Shown: positions 57,601 through 64,000 of the stretch, one piece after another | How positions within the stretch are numbered: position 1 is the stretch's first letter | How the letters are laid out: every line of letters starts with the position of its first letter | DNA from: Macrostomum lignano | Lineage: Eukaryota | Length of the DNA: 64,000 nt | Direction of reading: 5' to 3' | Assembly: GCA_002269645.1 (NCBI GenBank) | Contig: NIVC01001230.1 | Coordinates: forward strand, 125,539-189,538 | Translations under genes and position numbers: made by a program | Notes under the pieces: generated by a model | Told to the model about the DNA's origin: nothing | Databases searched by the model: none | The model's input: the letters and a program-made list of their open reading frames with translations, nothing else

Positions 57601-60600
57601 TTAATGTGGAATTCGAATCTGTGGGATTCGAGTCAGTGTGGGATTCGAGTTAATGTGGGATTCGAGTCGGTGTGGGATTCGAGTTAATGTGGGATTCGAG
57701 TCAGTGTGGGATTCGAGTTAATGTGGGATTCGAGTCGGTGTGGGATTCGAGTTAATGTGGGATTCGAATCTGAGGGATTCGAGTCAGTGTGGGATTCGAG
57801 TTAATGTGGGATTCGAGTCAGTGTGGGATTCGAGTTAATGTGGGATTCGAGTCGGTGTGGGATTCGAGTTAATGTGGGATTCGAATCTGAGGGATTCGAG
57901 TCAGTGTGGGATTCGAGTTAATGTGGGATTCGAGTCGGTGTGGGATTCGAGTCAGTGTGGGATTCGAGTTAATGTGGGATTCGAATCTGTGGGATTCGAG
58001 TCAGTGTGGGATTCGAGTTAATGTGGGATTCGAGTCGGTGTGGGATTCGAGTTAATGTGGGATTCGAATCTGTGGGATTCGAGTCAGTGTGGGATTCGAG
58101 TTAATGTGGGATTCGAGTCGGTGTGGGATTCGAGTTAATGTGGGATTCGAATCTGTGGGATTGAGTCAGTGTGGGATTCGATTTAATGTGGGATTCGAAT
58201 CTGTGGGATTCGAGTCAGTGTGGGATTCGAGTTAATGTGGGATTCGAATCTGTGGGATTCGAGTTAGTGTGGGATTTTAGTCAGTGTGGGATTTTAGTCA
58301 GTGTGGGATTTGAGTCGGTTTGGGATTTGAGTCGGTTTGGGATTTGAGTCAGTGCGGGATTTGAGTAGTGGGATTCGACCAAGGCTAAATCTCCAGTCCC
58401 AACTCGTGCCCCCAGACTCCAAGTGGACGTCAGCGAGTGGCAACCGCCAGGCCGGGAGATTTTCACCGTGGCGGCGGTCGGCGGCTGCCCCTCTGGCTAC
58501 CGGCTTCTGGAGCCGCGGCCGCCCTTCCAGCTGCTGCCCAACGGCAGCCTGCTGCTGCAGCCGCCCGGCCTGGACTTCGAGACCGGGCCGCGAACTCGCG
58601 ACCTTCGAGTCAGCTGCGACGGCATTGCTAGCTCCTCCGTCCTGCTGGTGAGCATCGGCCTGTTGAACGAGAACGACAACCCGCCCGACTGCGGCCGGCC
58701 CGCATCCGCCGCCGCCGCTTCCGGCCAGTCGGTGCCGGACAACCTCCGGCCGGGCGACCGAATTGACAGCCTCGCCTGCGAGGACCCGGACGGCGGCCCG
58801 GTCGGCCTCACCTACGAGCTGGCGGGCCCCGCCGCCGAGCGGCTGTCGCTGGCGCCGTCCACCGGCCTGCTGACCGTCCGCCGAAGCATCAGCGACCTCG
58901 CCGGCAGCGGCATCGACCTGTCCGTCAGGGTGTGCGACTCCGACCTGCTGTGCTCGAACTTCACCCGCCGCCTGCTGGTGCGGGACACCAACGATCACCG
59001 GCCCGCGCTGTCCCAGCCGGCGGGCTACTGGTTCCTGGTCAGCGAGGCCGCCCCCGTCGGCTCGGTGGTCGGCCGCGTGGCAGCCTCCGACCCGGACCTC
59101 GGCGACAACGGGCGCGTCCGATTCCGATTTACAACGCCCAGCGACTACTTTGGCATCGACGCGGTGGACGGCGCTGTCCGAGTTCTGCAGCCGCTGGACA
59201 GGGAGGCCCAACCGGAGCATCTCCTGACTGTCGAGGCGGCCGACGCTGGCACACCCAAGTCTCTCAGCGCTATCGCCCCTCTCAGCGTGCTGCTCGTCTC
59301 CGATGTCAACGACGCCGCGCCGACATTCGGACAGCCGGCCTACCGTCTGCTTGCGGCCGGCCACTCGCCGCTTGGTGCCGCTCTGGCGACTGTGTCCGCC
59401 ACAGACGCTGACGCACCCGAATCTGGAGGCGGCGGCAACGGCGACACCCGATTTGCCGTGTCCGGTCCCGCGGCCGCTTTCCTGACCGTCCATCCGGTGA
59501 CCGGCGTTGTCTCTGTAGCTGGCCAACTGGCGGACCTGGACAGTGGCGGCGTGTCCGGCCAGCTGACGGCACCGATGGGGGCGGCCTGACCGGCTCGTCG
59601 TCCATCAGCCTGCAAACTGTGCCGTTCGACAATGTCGATGCCGATAATGACAATGTCGGTGGCGATGACCGTTCGGACGGCTGGCGCAACAGCAGCGTCA
59701 GTTTGGCCGTGAGCGAGTCCGCCAGCGTTGGTCACGTGATCGGCCGGATCTTCACGGAGTCGCAGGCGGCGGCCTACTTCACTGTGGTGCGGCCGGCTGA
59801 CTCGGCGGTGGCGGTGGCCATCGACAACGGCCGGGTGCTGGTGAACCGCCGCCTAGACCGGGAGTCGGCCCCAGTCCACGCCTACCAGGTGCTGGTGACC
59901 GAGGCGGCTCAGCGAGGCCCCGGCCGGCCCCGCTCCTGCTGGGTGGCACTCGAGGTCCGCGTTCTGGACGAGAACGACAACTGGCCGGTGTTCGCCGATG
60001 CCGCACCCGCGGTGACCGTGCCGGAGTCACTGCCCGCTGGCTCCCCGCTGTACCGCTTCTTTGCCGCCGATCCCGACACTGGACCAACGGCACCGTCCGG
60101 TTCCGCCTGGCATTCGACCGACTTGCCGACTTTCTCTGGCTGCACCCGGTGTCCGGTCAGCTGTACACCAAGCGCAGCCTGGTTAGCATGGCAACCGCTA
60201 ACAACAGCTTCGAGGTGGCCGCGGTGGCCACCGACCTGTGCGCCGGCCCGCCCGATTGTCGCAGGCGGCGTCACGCGGTGCTTCGCGTCACTCGTCGTCC
60301 GCGATGTTAACAACTGGGCGCCGCAGTTCCGGCTGGGCGAGGGCGCCTTCTTCCTGCCCAGCGACCCGGCCGGCCGCATCGTGGGCCACCTGGAGTTGGC
60401 CGACCCGGACCCGGGCCCGGCCGGACTGGCTGCTCGGTTCCGCTGGAAGGCGGACGCTTCGGCCGGTCGGGCAGTCAGCATCGACTCGCTCGGCCTGGTG
60501 CGGCTTGCCGTGCCCGGCTCCGAGGCGGCTGCTGCGGCGGCGGCTGCAGCGGCGCGGCTGCGTCTTCAACGGTGCAGCATCGGCTGCAGCTGCGACTCAA

Positions 60601-62591
60601 CGTCAGCGTCGAGGACGCCGGCGCGGTGCCCCGCTCGGACTGGCGCCTTGTCGGCCTGCCACTGCTGCCCGACGGCTCCGAGTCCGACTCGGCCGGCTTC
60701 TCCCAGCCCGCCTACCTGGCCAGCCTGTCCACTGCCGCGCCGCGCCGGCCAGGAAGTCGCCCAACTAGCTGCCAGGAGCCGCTCCGCCCGAGTGTCCCGC
60801 CTGCAGCAGTCGGCCGCGGACCGGTTCGGCCTGCCCTCCGGCCTGTTCGACGACCTGTTCCTGGTTGACTCGGCCACCGGCCAGGTTCGGTTGTCCCGGA
60901 CACTGCATCCGGACAGCAGGGATTTCTACTCTGTGACCGCGCTGCTGCGCGAGCCCGACGGCCAGCTGGCGGACACCTGCCTCATCACCGTGAGCCTGCA
61001 GGACGAGAATCTGCACTCGCCGGAGCTCGAGTACTTCACCGAGGTGCCGCCGAGGGCCAGGCTTCGCCGACTTGATCACCGTGACGCGCACGACCCGACC
61101 GCGGCCCCGCCGGCCGGCTTGTCTACTCCATCGACGGCGATGACGCTCTGAGCCGCTTCATCCTCGACCCGAGCAGCGGCCGCCTGTCCTGCTCGGCGCT
61201 CGACTACCCGAGGCCGCGCGCGGCCCGGCTAGCCCGCGCTATCATCATCGGATTCGCGTCGTAGCCACGGACGGTGGCGGCCGCACCGGGACCGCTCTGG
61301 TGCTGGTCCGGGTTCTGCCGGCCAACCGGTTCGCCCCGGTGTTCCGGAGAGCCGCTACTCGGCCCGCCTGCCCGAGCTCGCCCCGCCCGGCACCTGCTGC
61401 TCGCCGTGTCCGCCTGGGACCGCGAGGACGGCGACCGGCTCGCTATCGCGTCGTATCGCAGTCCGGAGGTGCGGCGGCCGGTCTGTTCAGCGTCACCCGG
61501 CCACTGGGGAGCTGCGGCTGGCCATTCCGGTCGATCGGGAGAAACTGGCCTTCGTGTCCATCACTGTGGCCGCCACCGACTCCAGCGAGGTGCGCACTGG
61601 TTTCATAGTGACCCCCTATCCACCCATACAATCGCCCCTATCCTCCATAGAATCTCTTCCTATCCGCCCAAAGAATCGCCCTTTCGCCCATAGAACCACC
61701 CCCTATCCGCCCATAGAATCTCTTCCTATCCGCCCAAAGAATCGCCCTTTCCGCCATAGAACCACCCCCTATCCGCCATAGAATCTCTTCCTATCCGCCA
61801 AAGAATCGCCCTTTCCGCCCATAGAACACCCCCTATCCGCCCATAGAACCGCCCCCTATCCTACCATAGAATCTCTTCCTATCCGCCCAAAGAATCGCCC
61901 CTTTCCGCCCATAGAACCACCCCTATCCGCCCATAAAATCGCCCCTTTCCGCCTATAGAATTGCCATAGAATAGCCCCCTTCCAATGATCGCATTGCCTA
62001 GTATTTATCCGGAGTCTTTGTCCCCGCATACTGCGCGCAGGTAAACCCGATGTCCGCCCTGGTGAGCGTTGACGTCGAGATTGTGGACCAGAACGACCAC
62101 CGGCCCGAGTTCGCGTCGGCCTTCTACTCGGCGCGGGCCGCCGGCCCCGGCCCCTGCTGACCCTGCGCGCCACTGACCGGGACTCGAGCGCCGCGAACAG
62201 CCGCCTGACCTACAGCCTGGCCGAGCCGGACAGCGCCAGCCACGCCGTCACTGTGGATCCGGATAGCGCCTGGTCAGTCTCGGACAGTCGGCCTTGCCAA
62301 ACTCCCGACTGATTCGAGTGCGCGCGTCCGACTCCGGCCTTCCGGCTGCCCTGACGGCCGAGACCGCCATTCTGCTGCTGCCGGCGACATCCAAGCCGGC
62401 GCTGCTGTTCGACCGAAACTTTACCGGCAGCATCGCCGAGAACTCCGCAGCGGGCACCTGCCTGACTGCGGCCGGCACTGCTCAGTGCCTGATGGTGACA
62501 GCTCGGGTTGAAGGTGGCGACGCTGAGGATGTTCTCTACGACATCGTTGGTGGCAACGAGGACGGCCTGTTCTGCATCAACTCGGAGTCTG
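51645..62591 (+). CDS. Large Fat/Dachsous-like cadherin (5' part; continues beyond the last exon seen)
   Basis: Signal peptide MLPLLLLLPLLHSPPGASG and many cadherin motifs (LDRE/LDFE, DxND.P.F, A.D.D). Exons 51645-52841, 56597-57426, 58416-61589 (several frameshifts) and 62041-62591, with compatible splice phases. Confidence 0.9.
52895..53205. repeat. 20-bp minisatellite (GATCTGACACCTCGATCAAT)n in cadherin intron 1
   Basis: About 15 units read directly. Confidence 0.93.
53562..53837. mobile_element. Foldback-type MITE (~275 bp)
   Basis: Imperfect ~30-bp TIRs (GGGGAGCATCACAAACCCAAAAAATCGCAAC / GTTGTGATTTTTCGGGTTTATGATGGCGACCC), internal inverted subrepeats, and AGTCAA(G) on both flanks. Confidence 0.65.
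54043..55971 (-). CDS. Intronless Cys-rich orphan protein, copy 2 (~640 aa), nested antisense in cadherin intron 1
   Basis: Uninterrupted ORF (track 54043-56022). The ATG at 55971 (MDLTSEG) aligns with the ATG of copy 1 (MYFNSEG). No family recognised. Confidence 0.7.
   Translation of the reverse strand: MDLTSEGISEAASSPSLCDFRRCAAAGDAHFRLPPDDGSSSVDAFNADTPLSCKRSPDRSRKTYKLTRFSTAEVCLTPDLQQAVVRSRSAVDSRPRSESSVVSSLNEKATASRRTHCFFESIFLRSLPVTPAREVSHNLLLESCTPMPTPVETDRPVIKTVRKHWCIVFCSSTPAQVLPSPRSYLVPSNLDCPCKHHCIDCHTGDAIDWPSSEQNILQKCSSMTRRVNRSFRYALQQQITRVSDDPSPVLAVEFKEEFNLQLELLYQQPQSWQSCAESTSESIYLQPAVSRREKVLFYCELSDCDETVTDWQMAAFYKLKCHPMTARCIREKPTASSDWRMEQWRIQCNEPQCAPLTEVLHPALHYSSGASTGDCGCTTDCQQMKPQWPPAPDPHSSHRTRDSDCCTSVSYSNVHSAPERRVDKRWRQRRRAPLDSPSASAVSTQSAETESAVLHTAIARGGFDHLLQTLERARLRYSGSAVSATFSCPGTGSGRRRRRQQSKACSFQTCPATCDLGLENDRNELEIEDEDVEESELENTQVLDGNQSNFEDNDCSDEFCACDTQYCSCNFRTCCCEGDYQCNDGLAEPSVQPLIDHSTASQRERREAKIIDSMSQSLLTLTKSLESCVRHIRGTVAELQRL
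57520..58380. repeat. 15/17-bp composite minisatellite (GTGGGATTCGAGTTAAT / GTGGGATTCGAGTCAGT / GTGGGATTCGAATCT) in cadherin intron 2
   Basis: Read directly. Confidence 0.93.
61610..61975. repeat. Degenerate CCTATCCGCCCATAGAA-based repeat in cadherin intron 3
   Basis: Read directly. Confidence 0.85.
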
Positions 62592-62624
62592 GTGAGGCTT
62601 CTTGCTGACACATTAGTGTTACAG

Positions 62625-63040
62625 AGTGTTGAAACAGTAGTGTTACAGGGTGCTGACAGTAATATTACAGGGTGCTGACACAGTTGTGTTACAGGGTGCT
62701 GACACAGTAGTGTTACAGGGTGCTGACACAGTAGTGTTACAGGGTGCTGACACAGTAGTGTTACAGGGTGCTGATACAGTAGTGTTACAGGGTGCTGACA
62801 CAGTAGTGTTACAGGGTGCTGACACAGTAGTGTTACAGGGTGCTGACACAGTAGTGTTACAGGGTGCTGACACAGTAGTGTTACAGGGCGCTGACACAGT
62901 AGTGTTACAGGGCGCTGACACAGTAGTGTTACAGGGTGCTGACACGGTAGTATTGCAGGGCGCTGACACAGTAGTGTTACAGGGTGCTGATACAGTAATA
63001 TTACAGGTGCTGACGCAGTAGTGTTACAGGGTGCTGACAC
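62625..63040. repeat. 24-bp minisatellite (GACACAGTAGTGTTACAGGGTGCT)n in cadherin intron 4
   Basis: About 17 units read directly. Confidence 0.95.
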
Positions 63041-64000
63041 AGCAGTTTAAAGCTCGTACTTTTACTTCATTTCAATTGTATTTGGCAAATTTTCAATTTG
63101 CTTTCAAGTTTCGCCCGTCTATATTTCAGAGTGCAATTTATTTACTATAAAGGCCCCTGAGTGAGTCGCTTCTTTCTGCCTGAGCACACTGCAGCCCCGC
63201 CCATATCCTGCCCAAGTTTCCAGCGCTCTGTTCCCCGCTCCTGCAGCTTATTGAAAAAGGGCTGCATTATCCCGCCCCGATTCCGCAGCCCAGTGGTTTC
63301 CCACGCCTCATAAGCTCTCCCGGGCTTCTCAAGTTTCCCCTCCCCCGTCTCTGTCTGTTGCTCAGACAAAGACTATTAAAAAAAGCTCCTAGTCTGAGCC
63401 AAGGACGCCTTAGGCTAGAAATCTGGATTGGAAGTAATTAATCGCCGGTTAAGAATTTTTATCTAGCTAGTTAATATTTTAGGGTCTGCTTCTTCACTGA
63501 GTTGAACTGGATAGTGGATAGTCTTGTATAAGGTTTGTGCCTGTCTGTATTTCTCTGTTTGTGTTTGTGTTTATCCAAAGTGGGGTGGTGGGGAGTCGGA
63601 TGAGCCGGGCTCGCACTGCTGTGTGTGTGGGCCTGTTCATTAATTTGTCATGTATCCAGCTGAGAGACGGACTCAAAATACTCAAAACAACAGTTGCAAC
63701 CTTGGGGCTGATCTGAGAAAATGCCTGCGAAGTTTCGTAGTCACGCAATGTAGTGAGTGAACTCAGAGATCTAACTGCCTACTCAGCTATGCTAGGCATA
63801 TGGCTGCAACCCGAAAGTTGAGAACTACTGCTCACTATTTCTCAGGTGGTTGGTAGAGATTGTGGCCAGAGTGAGTCAGGCAGTTTCAGCTTGGAAAGAG
63901 AGGAGCTGAGAAGCCTGAGCGGATGCTGGGTGGACAAAAAATGGAGGAACTTGAAACCACTTCAAACAGGAACTGGGGGCTGGGTTGGGGTAGGGCTTGA

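Overview
This is eukaryotic animal genomic DNA. GC-rich exons, AT-rich spacers and a different minisatellite in most introns suggest a free-living flatworm such as Macrostomum (inference only). Genes reconstructed by hand: a MARK/Par-1 kinase (+, 3491-11610, with a GC-AG intron); a 3-exon NHL-repeat protein (+, 16136-23850); a 2-exon orphan protein (-, 31227-25069) whose intron holds a young, full-length but defective Ty3/Gypsy LTR retrotransposon (25858-30190); FCF1/UTP24 (-, 32807-32206); two paralogous intronless Cys-rich orphan ORFs (-, 38421-36463 and 55971-54043, the second nested antisense in an intron); a small tail-anchored KASH-like candidate (+, 40123-41188); and the 5' part of a large Fat/Dachsous-like cadherin (+, 51645 to beyond 62591). 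Also present are a tRNA-derived CORE-like SINE, two MITEs, a CACTA/EnSpm-like relic and about 20 unrelated tandem arrays. Several GC-rich exons carry single-base frameshifts that look like long-read assembly errors. Best leads: a CTGACA hexamer shared by six unrelated minisatellites, possible spliced-leader-donated AUG starts in an FCF1-led operon, a divergent KASH-like protein, a duplicated orphan family, strong TAGGCCTA enrichment, and a kB-site array upstream of the cadherin.
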